59,985 nucleotides of DNA from Escherichia phage vB_EcoS_OddieOddie, in sequence record OL539454.1; one strand, written 5' to 3'. The first letter of the stretch is position 1. Each line of letters opens with the position of its first letter. This document shows positions 21,601 through 30,043 of the stretch, in pieces. The position numbers and the translations under genes are program-made. Under the pieces are notes generated by a model that worked only from the letters and a program-made list of their open reading frames with translations, did no database searches and was not told the origin of the DNA.

Positions 21601-21712
21601 CAAGAAAAAGGATCAAGATAATAAAGACCGTATTAGTAAACTTGAAACTGAAGTTGAGGAACTTAAGACGTTAGTTGCTACGCTTGTTAATAAAGAGCAA
21701 CCATTACCATAA
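18614..21712 (+). CDS. tail fibre protein with C-terminal intramolecular chaperone-like domain
   Basis: 1032-aa ORF; two internal copies of a WGAYD...FIPL...GGTGALT...A(R/K)TNL motif; C-terminus has SDINFKR ... GVIAQQAQEVDPEYV followed by coiled coil. Confidence 0.65.
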   Translation: MGDIMATRLRGTLVDGLNKPIVNATVALLAKGNSLLVLSGSEAIFKTSATGTYDITVQTGYYKVIIGPQGSEPYKAGEIAIYADSKEGTLNNYLTSWAPEELTPEVIAQVKDLVSQAETAKNASATSATKSEQERVKAETAAQNAVNTANGMKASIGLTTAPRHVADITVNPSSFLGFIRILRSSTVGYPDIASSENVLAGFVSAMDGTPGFIGVFVGDMTGTIYSYRWIKDVGVTWWKQVNYSTVNRYTQLNAETNFTNQLGNAKLLIDNNKVWGAYDNENKRFIPLAIAQGGTGALTDADARTNLRLGSNDTPQFRNLNLVTVADSAQAPSGIVSGYLNNSSGVQRCRYRIYSEIRGDNKAWLTLHLQSDTATNKYAGLSVDGNFQINGNFIGNALQLSDAPNSRINLQLDRFYQSANETVIYTPSRQAYMTISNNKTWGAYDAEAQNFIPLPINRGGTGALTISDAKTNLQIPSVGGGDWLTYNAPPGVEAGKYYPVIIDMAYSSLYASGAFIDIKTRSAAGDDPMNCCTFNGFIRCGGWSDRKDGGYGYFNNYAKNEIAMKCILSSSKDAERYVAIYVEGRGFPLQLRVPAFCEVTVPTSNFTYKNTTYAWGTANPATDSVAINTLFDFSLNRVGFYQATTEGNYYIGNGERIVLSNGMSVGEELSLTTPKVSFSGTIAAGNGVIADGTSVSNATFYSRYRVGDVIYDSEFRASENAGQIIVRDPTGGTAHQFFNFNLNGTFSAPAGLLSSTGVDWNGQINTVNKFYGIAGQVNTPENNVVYGGIHVGFSGNYAFQICGRKGKSFFRTFEAGVEGQWQQLVTKGNYGVGLIGTFKPEDGSSGFYTDSDGANTWSPANGGGFQSSYTQQRIFQFWMTSSSQGFIRFNDSGNAQASKTDKPWTTLQAAGTSDINFKRVHGVMDTDVALDNISKLEFVYFNYLSDGPEREIRRGVIAQQAQEVDPEYVHSAETSGKMTLDSNPLLLDALAAIQSLKKKDQDNKDRISKLETEVEELKTLVATLVNKEQPLP

Positions 21713-21729
21713 CCACATCTAACTTCAAC

Positions 21730-21754
21730 AGCGCGTCTTCGGGCGCGCTTTTTA
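21730..21754 (+). terminator. rho-independent terminator after tail fibre gene
   Basis: AGCGCG-TCTTCGGG-CGCGCT hairpin followed by TTTTTATT. Confidence 0.55.
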
Positions 21755-21808
21755 TTGGCTGTCAATCCCAATTTATAAAATCTTTACATATGGATCATTG
21801 TAAAAAGC

Positions 21809-22591
21809 ATGTTAAGGGGTATGCTTTACTTCGTAACCAGTTGGTTACATCCGCTTAACAAATCCATATATGGAGATTTTCCTATGTCTGACATGACTCT
21901 TTTACCTACTAATCTCGGTGGCGACGGTTTCGGTGGTGAAGCTGGTGCGGCTGGTATCGGTGGCGCGATCGGTGGTTTAATTGGTTCCTGGATCGGTAAT
22001 GGTTGGGGTGGCAATGGTGGTTGGGGTGGTCGCGGTAACTTCGCTGGTCCGGTAGAAGTGCAAGCTTCTGTTGACACCAACGCAATTCTGCAGGCTATCA
22101 ACAACGGTACTCTTCAGACCATTCAGGGGCAGAACGGTACTAACCTGACTGTTGAGCGCTCTGCTGCTTCTACCTATAACGGCATCACTCAGCAGAACAC
22201 TCAGAACCTGCTGGCTTCCGTTCAGGGCTTCGCTGGTCTGAACACGCAAATTCAGGGCGGCACCAGCCAAGTGCTCGCGGCTCTGTGTAGCAACGAAGCG
22301 GCTAACATTACCCGTTCTTTCCAGGCCCAGTTAGCAGCCGAGAAGTGTTGCTGCGAAACCAACCTGAACATCGAGCGTCAAGCTGAAGCTACCCGTGCGC
22401 TGATCCGTGACCAGCACGCACAGGCGCAAGCAGTTCTGATCTGTGACCTGAAATCTCAGTTGCAGGAAGCTCGCTTTGCAAACTCTCAGTTGGCACAAAC
22501 GGCTGGTCTTACTTGTAAGATCAATCAGGTTGAGCAGTTAGTTAACTTTAAACTGCCAACTCCTCCAACTCCTCCGACTGGCTGCTGCTAA
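21809..22591 (+). CDS. glycine-rich / glutamine-rich protein of unknown function
   Basis: 260-aa ORF (possible true start at 21884); Gly/Trp-rich block GGNGGWGGRG then Q/A/N/T-rich region, Cys cluster and C-terminal PTPPTPPTGCC; bounded by terminator-like hairpins. Confidence 0.45.
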   Translation: MLRGMLYFVTSWLHPLNKSIYGDFPMSDMTLLPTNLGGDGFGGEAGAAGIGGAIGGLIGSWIGNGWGGNGGWGGRGNFAGPVEVQASVDTNAILQAINNGTLQTIQGQNGTNLTVERSAASTYNGITQQNTQNLLASVQGFAGLNTQIQGGTSQVLAALCSNEAANITRSFQAQLAAEKCCCETNLNIERQAEATRALIRDQHAQAQAVLICDLKSQLQEARFANSQLAQTAGLTCKINQVEQLVNFKLPTPPTPPTGCC

Positions 22592-22613
22592 TCGTTGAAG
22601 TGTGGTTAAACTA

Positions 22614-22648
22614 AAGCGCCTTTCGCTCCTCCGCTTGGGGCGCTTTTA
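22614..22648 (+). terminator. possible terminator
   Basis: AAGCGCC ... GGCGCTT inverted repeat followed by TTTTAA; long loop, so weak. Confidence 0.3.
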
Positions 22649-22662
22649 ACAGAGGTACTATC

Positions 22663-23031
22663 ATGAGCCACATTAAATTCGCAACGATGGGAATGCCACG
22701 GGTCAAATTGCCTAAGGTTGCTTTACCTCGCATTAGCGTAGGTGAGCACCACCATGAGCATGAGAAAGAGGAATATAAACATGCTCACTCTTATGCTCGA
22801 GATCATGAACATATGGCAGCTATGTCAAATGTTCTTGACCGGATGGAAGAACCTCCGCATACGTGGGCGGCGTACCACGACAAGCCCGGCGGTATGATGT
22901 CCATTGTTGAAATGGAATACCGCGAATTAATGGAGTGTAAGAAAGAAGGCGACCGCGCAGGGATCATGAAAGAGTTGACTGATCTTGCCGCAGCTTGTAC
23001 TTGCGCTCTTCAAAAAATGAAAGATATGTAA
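22663..23031 (+). CDS. histidine-rich hypothetical protein
   Basis: 122-aa ORF with strong SD; His/Glu cluster VGEHHHEHEKEEYKHAHSYARDHEH. Confidence 0.45.
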   Translation: MSHIKFATMGMPRVKLPKVALPRISVGEHHHEHEKEEYKHAHSYARDHEHMAAMSNVLDRMEEPPHTWAAYHDKPGGMMSIVEMEYRELMECKKEGDRAGIMKELTDLAAACTCALQKMKDM

Positions 23032-23046
23032 GAATAGGAAGCCGAC

Positions 23047-23577
23047 ATGCAAAACGTAAACGCAGGAATGGGCGTAACCCAGTTCAACGGGATGAAACCG
23101 AAAAACTCCATCAACATGGGCGGTGTTGATTGGACGTTACGTCGGGACGCTACCGATTCAACTACCATGTTCCCACACCAGAAGGTTAGCTGGCTTAATG
23201 CTGGCTGTGAACCTATGGGTGATGGAAGGGTTCATTACTGTTGGATTATGGGAGTGATACCGCCTACGCCGGGCACTATCGAACGACCCGTGAATGTGAT
23301 GTATGTCGGCTTCCACCAGTTTAAAATCACGATCGCTCCAAACTCCATTAGTCAGTCTGATCTTGATCGTATGCACGTTTACGTCAGCGATGGTACAGAC
23401 TTTGCAGGTGATTTTATTAATAAGTTTCTTGGCGTGCAACCGGAGCAACCTGTAGAAGCCCGCGAACATATTAGTCCGTGGCCACCAATGATTGATCAGG
23501 AAGTGTTGCAGCCAAAGACCGCTCAAACGGTCCCTCAGAAACCGGAGCAGAAGGTAAAACCAAATGACGAAGAATGA
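23047..23577 (+). CDS. hypothetical protein
   Basis: 176-aa ORF in late arm. Confidence 0.45.
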   Translation: MQNVNAGMGVTQFNGMKPKNSINMGGVDWTLRRDATDSTTMFPHQKVSWLNAGCEPMGDGRVHYCWIMGVIPPTPGTIERPVNVMYVGFHQFKITIAPNSISQSDLDRMHVYVSDGTDFAGDFINKFLGVQPEQPVEAREHISPWPPMIDQEVLQPKTAQTVPQKPEQKVKPNDEE

Positions 23578-23848
23578 AGGTATTGATAACGTTGTTGAAG
23601 GACTTTCTATTCGTGCTCATGTTATAGTCGATGAAGGTCATGATCAACTTACTATTATGAAATCCGCATTCAGCGATTTCAAGTCGCTTGGAAACTTAAG
23701 CGGATTAATGACCGTGGTGTCAACCGGAAAATTAACCCAGCAGCAAATCAGTCTGGCTCAGCGTATTGCTGTTAAAGTTATTGCGGTACTTGGGATGATT
23801 GAAGCTGAAAAGCTCAGTTCCAAGCAGGATAACGAAAGCGACCTTTAA
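23564..23848 (+). CDS. hypothetical protein
   Basis: 94-aa ORF overlapping upstream stop. Confidence 0.4.
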   Translation: MTKNEGIDNVVEGLSIRAHVIVDEGHDQLTIMKSAFSDFKSLGNLSGLMTVVSTGKLTQQQISLAQRIAVKVIAVLGMIEAEKLSSKQDNESDL

Positions 23849-23859
23849 GGAGGTCTACA

Positions 23860-24063
23860 ATGTGTGGTAATACTAACCGTTGCTGTCTAGGCAGTCCTGC
23901 AACACAAGCAGGTATACTTCAGGGGCAATTGGCTCAAGCAGCGTGTAATTGCAAAACTTTTCAACCAGTAGCGCCAACTCCTGTTTTTGTGAATGGTTTT
24001 GCACCGCCTGTTTTCAATACTTTTGGCGTATACCCATATGGTGCTTTCTTTCGTATATTCTAA
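23860..24063 (+). CDS. small cysteine-containing hypothetical protein
   Basis: 67-aa ORF with SD AAGGAGG; last gene of rightward arm. Confidence 0.4.
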   Translation: MCGNTNRCCLGSPATQAGILQGQLAQAACNCKTFQPVAPTPVFVNGFAPPVFNTFGVYPYGAFFRIF

Positions 24064-24065
24064 GA

Positions 24066-24096
24066 AGAGAAAAGGGGCAAAAGCCCCTTTCTTTAA
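24066..24096. terminator. bidirectional terminator at convergence of the two arms
   Basis: AAAGGGGC-AAAA-GCCCCTTT hairpin flanked by A-run and T-run. Confidence 0.65.
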
Positions 24097-24374
24097 CGCT
24101 TATGAAAAGCTGACAGGATTGCAAGTGTTACAGCACCCAATCCGACGACGGTAGCATAAGTAAGTTGGTGTTGAACTTTAACAAAACCGTAATAGGTGCT
24201 AGGGATCTCCACAATCCCAAACGCCATAGCAAAGCTGGTTCCAACCAGTGCGACAGCAAGGGCGCGTAATAACGCCCTGCTCATTGCTGTGAAACCTTTC
24301 TCGTTACTGTCTCCAGTCATTATAACCACAATAATAAGAAACAGTGCAACAATTACTAGCAGGTATTCCATCAA
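24093..24374 (-). CDS. small membrane protein
   Basis: 93-aa ORF with about three hydrophobic helices. Confidence 0.45.
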   Translation of the reverse strand: MMEYLLVIVALFLIIVVIMTGDSNEKGFTAMSRALLRALAVALVGTSFAMAFGIVEIPSTYYGFVKVQHQLTYATVVGLGAVTLAILSAFHKR

Positions 24375-24577
24375 CGTCTTCTCCGGTACATGTATTGATC
24401 ATAAGTAGTCGCAATAATAGTGACTGGCCAGCAAGCGAGTATGCATAGAAGACTCACAATCTTCTCCCAACGTTTCTTATAGGCTAGCGCATAATCATAG
24501 TTATTCCAACAAAAGAAATAAGTCATTGCTGCAATCACAGCACCAATAATAAAATAAATAACTACATATTCATTCAT
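24371..24577 (-). CDS. small membrane protein
   Basis: 68-aa ORF with two hydrophobic segments and basic C-terminus. Confidence 0.45.
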   Translation of the reverse strand: MNEYVVIYFIIGAVIAAMTYFFCWNNYDYALAYKKRWEKIVSLLCILACWPVTIIATTYDQYMYRRRR

Positions 24578-24765
24578 TTAGTAAACTCCCATTCTAAAGT
24601 ATTACGATAGCTTGATGGTACATAACGCCCAGGACGAGGATCAAAACTTTTAACGGAAAATTCTAAAGTTGCTGCGCTATACAACTGAACCTTTTGCCCG
24701 TCCCACGGTCCACCAATTAGCTTAAAAGTCTGTCTGTAACCTTTTGCTGCTCTAGCCATATTCAC
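24574..24765 (-). CDS. hypothetical protein
   Basis: 63-aa ORF, coupled to neighbours. Confidence 0.4.
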   Translation of the reverse strand: MNMARAAKGYRQTFKLIGGPWDGQKVQLYSAATLEFSVKSFDPRPGRYVPSSYRNTLEWEFTK

Positions 24766-24801
24766 TCCTTAAAATACCCGCGCGAACGCGGGTATTATTT
24801 A

Positions 24802-25008
24802 TTACGCTTCCGGTGATTCCGGAGTTGGCTCATCTGGAACAACAATAACGTCCGCTAAAACTTTCAACGCTTCTTGTTGCTCCGCTGTCATATTATTCCA
24901 GTAATAGACGTGAATGTAAACTACTGGTTTGTCACCATGTTGCCACGGTTCGCGACTTACTACATCCACACCTAAATCGCTTGCTACGCTCTTTTCTTTA
25001 CCAGCCAT
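24802..25008 (-). CDS. hypothetical protein
   Basis: 68-aa acidic ORF. Confidence 0.4.
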   Translation of the reverse strand: MAGKEKSVASDLGVDVVSREPWQHGDKPVVYIHVYYWNNMTAEQQEALKVLADVIVVPDEPTPESPEA

Positions 25009-25041
25009 GCTAATGTACCCCTTTAAGGTTTTTACACGCGG

Positions 25042-25335
25042 CTAGCCCCCAAAAGTACCCCTATGATCAAGGGTTCTAATGCGCTGCTCCAGCCAACGTG
25101 CGTTCTTTTCAAAATGTTTATTGGTACGCGCTGCTTTGCACGCATCAATAATACCTAACTCACATCCAAGCTGCGTTTGTCCCATCACGTAAGAATGAGT
25201 TAACATGCTGGATACAAGGTCTTCACATTGTAACTTAATAGGATGGTCTTGGCATAGTTTCTTTGCTGCATCTTTTAAATCCACAGCTTGGACACCAGGT
25301 GCTATCAGCAAAGTTACGAGTAATAAACGTTTCAT
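25042..25335 (-). CDS. secreted/periplasmic small protein
   Basis: 97-aa ORF with N-terminal signal peptide MKRLLLVTLLIAPGVQA and four cysteines. Confidence 0.45.
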   Translation of the reverse strand: MKRLLLVTLLIAPGVQAVDLKDAAKKLCQDHPIKLQCEDLVSSMLTHSYVMGQTQLGCELGIIDACKAARTNKHFEKNARWLEQRIRTLDHRGTFGG

Positions 25336-25691
25336 TATGCTTTCCCTTTACGACATAAGGCTTGAAGTTCCAGAAGCGCATCAATGTCTTCCTGTGGAGT
25401 TACACCAACGTGAATTGGATATTTAGCGCGACATTCGTAGCCAACGTCAACAGTGTGGTCAATGTAGCCGTAAACACATCCACCAATAACAGTGAAGATA
25501 AGCGCAACAATCATTGTAAGGTATTTGCCTTGTTTGCGTTCTTCATTTTGTTTATTAAGCTGACGGTTAAGTTCCACCGCGTCGATTTTACCTTTGTTGT
25601 AATCGTCTACTAAGCTCATTTTGCATCTCCTCTTGTTGTATGCATATATTAAAACAGACCCGCGAAGGGTCTGCAAGTAGAATTTAGGCAT
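25335..25691 (-). CDS. membrane-anchored hypothetical protein
   Basis: 118-aa ORF with one central hydrophobic helix. Confidence 0.4.
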   Translation of the reverse strand: MPKFYLQTLRGSVLIYAYNKRRCKMSLVDDYNKGKIDAVELNRQLNKQNEERKQGKYLTMIVALIFTVIGGCVYGYIDHTVDVGYECRAKYPIHVGVTPQEDIDALLELQALCRKGKA

Positions 25692-27723
25692 ATCCCATGT
25701 CTTCGAGATACTTCTCTGCTTTAGCTATATAAGCATCATAATCTATGTCGTCCGGTATTTTATCCGGTAGCGTCATGATTGGGACACCTCCCGCGCTACC
25801 AGCTACACGGTTGCCCGAGTTAGCATAGATTATTTCGGGAGTTTCTTCATTGGTGCTTAAATACCAGCGTACAACCTTACCCAAAAATTCGCCATTCCAT
25901 ACCGCGCCACCTTTCACCGCACGTAGGATAATGAATTTTCTAATATCGTTGCAATTGCGTATAGTACGAGAAACAGGCGTACCGTGGGCCAGGCATTCGC
26001 ATACAGCTTCCATGATAATTTCACCCGTACAGTTCTTTTGAAGTCCCGTCTTAGCAAACCAGCCTTTACGTTTGATTTCAACATTTCCTTCCTCATCAGG
26101 TTCTTTTACTGCAACATAGTTATTGACGTTAGCACTGTACAGCTTGTCATAGTAGTTGGATTCCATTTCAAAGCCTGTCACAGACTCCCACCACTTGATC
26201 ATGTTATCAACGAAGCCCTGCATGTGGTCAGGATACTTAACCACAATACCATCCGTGTTAGCAGAAATTACTTTAACACCGTTCAGCTCGAATGCTTCAA
26301 TAAGCATTAACAGGGATAGCTGTCCGGTGATAGTTACCTGTATCAATAATTGCGGCGCGTACAATACGGACCACATTGAACCCAATTTACCAAACGATCC
26401 GTTGATAACGATCTTCAGCGTGTTGGCTGTGTTCTTGTCCCCTGAGTGCTTAGCCGCAATACGACGGTCTACAATGCTTTTATAAACACGAAGAAACGCT
26501 GGTCCCAACTGCTCAGGGTATAAGCCCTGATTAAGAATAATTGAAGGGTAATAGGACGTTACGTCAATGTCCCGCTTCTTAATACCTGGCTCTTTACCGT
26601 GACCAGCACACTCTTCGGAGCTATGCAAACCGCCAATACCCATACGGTAGACACCGTCCGCAATCTTGATCTCCAGGCCTGATAACGCTGGGGGCAAGCT
26701 AACGCCACCGTTATCGCTAACAACAAAGCGGCAGTCCCGAACAATATCCAAAACACTATTCATCAGAGGTGTTTGAAAACGAATAAAGTCCGGTATGTTA
26801 TATGCATATTTAGTTCCAGGATAAACTTGTGGACGCTGCGGACGCACGCCCGTTAACGCTTGAATTTCGTGTTTAATCACGTCTTCTGCAATCTGCGCAT
26901 CAGAACGTGAACGCAGATCCACACCGTATTCTTGCGACATAATTTCACGAAGATGTAAAGGTTCCTGTAATGCAATAAAACATTCTTCCGTCTGTACAAG
27001 GTCGTTAATACAGTACCAGCGTACAATCAACATCTGGTCCTGCGTCAGCATTGTATTTGGCTTGAACGGTAAATCCTGCATACGGCGAGTATGTACACGT
27101 CCGCCATATTGTTTCAAACCACCGGACCCAGGCAGCACTTCCATAATATCAATGTGGTTAACGTTCTGCATACGCTTAAGGCGGTAACTCTTCAACACAT
27201 CAGAAGGACGCCAGTCTTCCACGATTATCTTATCGGTTGCATCTTTAAGCTGAGCATTAGAGCATCCGTTAAGCGCAAGCGTAGCAATGGGCATATCGTA
27301 CCCGTTGCCGTTAAAGCTCACGATAAGGAAGTTTATCATTACCCAGTTAAGTAACAAGCAATTTAAACTACAACCGTGATACATTTCGAAATAGACAACT
27401 TTCTTAGTCCTTACTCCGCGGAATGCGATCAAGAAGTAGTTTGGATAACATTCGATATCGTATACAAGCGGTTCGCGGTTAATCCATGCTTGAATAAGTT
27501 CATCCTGTGTATACAGGTTGTATTGGAAGTTCCGCGCTTCCTCAAGGTTAGGCAAATAATCCGGGCGCTCCCAAGTGCGCTCCGGCGGTAAACGTTTAAC
27601 TTTTTCTTTCTTTGCTTTTGGCTCAGGCGGTAAGTCCTGCCAAAAGAAACCAATAGCATCTGTCCGCATTAGACACGTTCTCCAATTAATACACCGCGAA
27701 GATTTTCCCCAAAGAATGCGCAA
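25684..27723 (-). CDS. family B DNA polymerase with 3'-5' exonuclease motifs
   Basis: 679-aa ORF; exo-I-like YDIECYP; motif A-like DVTSYYPSII; motif B-like KIVINGSFGKLG; motif C-like SANTDGIVV. Confidence 0.7.
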   Translation of the reverse strand: MRILWGKSSRCINWRTCLMRTDAIGFFWQDLPPEPKAKKEKVKRLPPERTWERPDYLPNLEEARNFQYNLYTQDELIQAWINREPLVYDIECYPNYFLIAFRGVRTKKVVYFEMYHGCSLNCLLLNWVMINFLIVSFNGNGYDMPIATLALNGCSNAQLKDATDKIIVEDWRPSDVLKSYRLKRMQNVNHIDIMEVLPGSGGLKQYGGRVHTRRMQDLPFKPNTMLTQDQMLIVRWYCINDLVQTEECFIALQEPLHLREIMSQEYGVDLRSRSDAQIAEDVIKHEIQALTGVRPQRPQVYPGTKYAYNIPDFIRFQTPLMNSVLDIVRDCRFVVSDNGGVSLPPALSGLEIKIADGVYRMGIGGLHSSEECAGHGKEPGIKKRDIDVTSYYPSIILNQGLYPEQLGPAFLRVYKSIVDRRIAAKHSGDKNTANTLKIVINGSFGKLGSMWSVLYAPQLLIQVTITGQLSLLMLIEAFELNGVKVISANTDGIVVKYPDHMQGFVDNMIKWWESVTGFEMESNYYDKLYSANVNNYVAVKEPDEEGNVEIKRKGWFAKTGLQKNCTGEIIMEAVCECLAHGTPVSRTIRNCNDIRKFIILRAVKGGAVWNGEFLGKVVRWYLSTNEETPEIIYANSGNRVAGSAGGVPIMTLPDKIPDDIDYDAYIAKAEKYLEDMGYA

Positions 27724-28622
27724 GGTTGCGGATATAAACTAAAGTCCGCAGTCTTAACCACATTTTCGAGTAATAACAGGATGTCAATATTGTAAACTCC
27801 CGTTATTGATCTGTCCTGCAATACGAAGCTTGCACCTTCCGCATCATCGTAATGAGTACGCGCTAGACCGTTTTCAATATATACGCGAGGACGATCTTCT
27901 GCAAAAGGTTTAATTTTATGCAAACCCTCAAAAAGACCGGGATCAACAGGATGTGCATTGCATTGAACATTTAAAATACGACGTATATCAGGCCACTCCG
28001 CATCAATAAGCTGTGTTCGCAACCAGCGACCTTCCGGATAATGAAATGTTACATTGTTCTTACTAACCTGAATATGTGTCGGGTTAGCTTTAATGCGCAG
28101 TATTTCTTTAATAGCAACAGACGGTATTATGCAGTCAATAGGGAATTGATTACCAAACCAATATTCCGCAATGGTGACGTTATTTGTAGCAAACAGGCTA
28201 CCGTTATTAATCAGAATACCGCAAGCCCACGGGCGGGACGCATCCGAGCCTACAAACGGAGCAACAGACTTCACACCGTGTACGAAGCGAGCACCGTCTA
28301 TTTCGTATAACTCCCCTTCAGGGAATACGTGAGGCGTTTCCTTGTCAATGCAGCGTATAGCAACACGAAACGGTCCGGATTTGATATTAAGTTTACCGTT
28401 AGCCATCATTGTTAACTGTACGGTTTCGTCACAGTTTGAAATAGCTTTAATCATAGGTCCAGCTTCGGGCTTGCAATCAATATCCAGCTCAATAGGGCTA
28501 CCCAGTGCAATAACACCGTTAAATCCCTGTACCTGTCCATCACGAATAAGAAAGCTGGTAAGACCTTCTACCAGTTCCTTTTTAGCGACGGAGCCTTGAA
28601 CAAATTTAAGAGCGTCTAACAT
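27669..28622 (-). CDS. hypothetical protein (possibly sliding-clamp-like)
   Basis: 317-aa ORF between polymerase and dpdA; function not determinable by eye. Confidence 0.4.
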   Translation of the reverse strand: MLDALKFVQGSVAKKELVEGLTSFLIRDGQVQGFNGVIALGSPIELDIDCKPEAGPMIKAISNCDETVQLTMMANGKLNIKSGPFRVAIRCIDKETPHVFPEGELYEIDGARFVHGVKSVAPFVGSDASRPWACGILINNGSLFATNNVTIAEYWFGNQFPIDCIIPSVAIKEILRIKANPTHIQVSKNNVTFHYPEGRWLRTQLIDAEWPDIRRILNVQCNAHPVDPGLFEGLHKIKPFAEDRPRVYIENGLARTHYDDAEGASFVLQDRSITGVYNIDILLLLENVVKTADFSLYPQPCAFFGENLRGVLIGERV

Positions 28623-28849
28623 TAGCGGTCCTCGATTGCTCTAATTGTGGTTAAATCTAATTCACATGTTGGAGGGTATCCATAAAGTCCCATTTGTTTT
28701 CCTTGTGCATTAAACCATGTACCTGACGGATCCTGCCACTGCTTAGGTGTCTTGTGGAGAAATACTACTCTGTTTTCACCGTAATAATTAATTCTTACAC
28801 CTGTGTGAGTATATTTACGTTTACCTTTTGGTCTTCTTAAGTTAGCCAT
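28622..28849 (-). CDS. hypothetical protein
   Basis: 75-aa basic ORF. Confidence 0.4.
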   Translation of the reverse strand: MANLRRPKGKRKYTHTGVRINYYGENRVVFLHKTPKQWQDPSGTWFNAQGKQMGLYGYPPTCELDLTTIRAIEDR

Positions 28850-29769
28850 CAGAACAACTCCATTACACGATCACGGAATGTGCCGTCATGGGTAGCGTTA
28901 ATGTTTGCAGCAATTACACCATACGCCCATAAATTGAAGGCAGCACGTGATTCATAGATTGTTGATAAACGTTCGTAAGTGAAACCGTTTTGCTCAAGGT
29001 ATTTAAGGACAGCGTCTTGTTCAATTTCAGTTAATGTTGAAACATGCTTGCCAAAATGGTGGCGATCCGGTGACTTATCAGATACGCGCATTGGACCCCA
29101 CGGAGGAGTAACCACACTTCCAAACGCTGCCGCTTGAATCCAGGAGGAAGAGTCGCAGCTATACCACGGATAACGTTCCATAATGGTTGTGGACGTAATA
29201 CCAAACGCATGAAGTTTAATCTTAGCACGTCCGCTACCGTCGCAAATGTATTTGTCCCACATGCGGTCCAGCCAAGTTTTAAGCGTGTCCGTGGAACGCC
29301 CTACCATGCCCCCGATGGTGATATATTCGTAGTTCTTCATGTAGTATTCAAGATAGCGGAAGTCCTCCCCAAAGTGAAAGCAAGGTAACGGTTTAGCACC
29401 GCGTGCTTCCATTTCAAGTTGGTTACGGTAGGTTTGCAACGGATCACCAATACCATCGAGCACTGACGCCATTACTGCGCCATCTTCTACACGAAGGATG
29501 TCTTTGTTGCGCTTAATGTATTCGCAGTATTCAACAATATCAATGTGAGCACCCAAAGAGTGCGCGGAGAATGCACCGGAGTCGAGAAACACTTTAGCCC
29601 CGTCAGCACGCATCTGATCAACATACTTTTGACGTCCAACGTAGTGGTATGATTCCAAAATATGGGGCAGATTGCGCGTGATATTTTTCTCATGCTCGGA
29701 CAGCTTTTCATAACGCTGCTGGCCGGGCATATATCCGTTTGTGTAAACTGCTGCCATAAAAACGTTCAT
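28849..29769 (-). CDS. dpdA: tRNA-guanine transglycosylase-like DNA-modifying enzyme (DpdA-like)
   Basis: 306-aa ORF with TGT-like nucleophile motif VFLDSGAFS; located beside folE/queD/queC/queE. Confidence 0.6.
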   Translation of the reverse strand: MNVFMAAVYTNGYMPGQQRYEKLSEHEKNITRNLPHILESYHYVGRQKYVDQMRADGAKVFLDSGAFSAHSLGAHIDIVEYCEYIKRNKDILRVEDGAVMASVLDGIGDPLQTYRNQLEMEARGAKPLPCFHFGEDFRYLEYYMKNYEYITIGGMVGRSTDTLKTWLDRMWDKYICDGSGRAKIKLHAFGITSTTIMERYPWYSCDSSSWIQAAAFGSVVTPPWGPMRVSDKSPDRHHFGKHVSTLTEIEQDAVLKYLEQNGFTYERLSTIYESRAAFNLWAYGVIAANINATHDGTFRDRVMELF

Positions 29770-29999
29770 TTTTGGAACGGTCCTCCAAACTGATCAATTA
29801 GTTCTAAAGTACGCCACACTTCATTAAATGCTTCGTCCGCTCGATGTTTAGCGTCAATAAGCTGCTGCTTTAAGATATTTGTAGGCGCATCATTCTGTAT
29901 TGCAGAGCAAGCATCCGCAGTACCTGCTTTAAGCTTGTAGAATGCAGCTTCTAAAATTAATTGTCTTGACATATTTTCCCCAATGACTAAAAAGCCCAT
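29766..29999 (-). CDS. hypothetical protein
   Basis: 77-aa ORF between dpdA and folE. Confidence 0.4.
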   Translation of the reverse strand: MGFLVIGENMSRQLILEAAFYKLKAGTADACSAIQNDAPTNILKQQLIDAKHRADEAFNEVWRTLELIDQFGGPFQK

Positions 30000-30043
30000 A
30001 CCAGTATTATGACCGATATGGGCTTGATCTGTAAAGCTATCTA

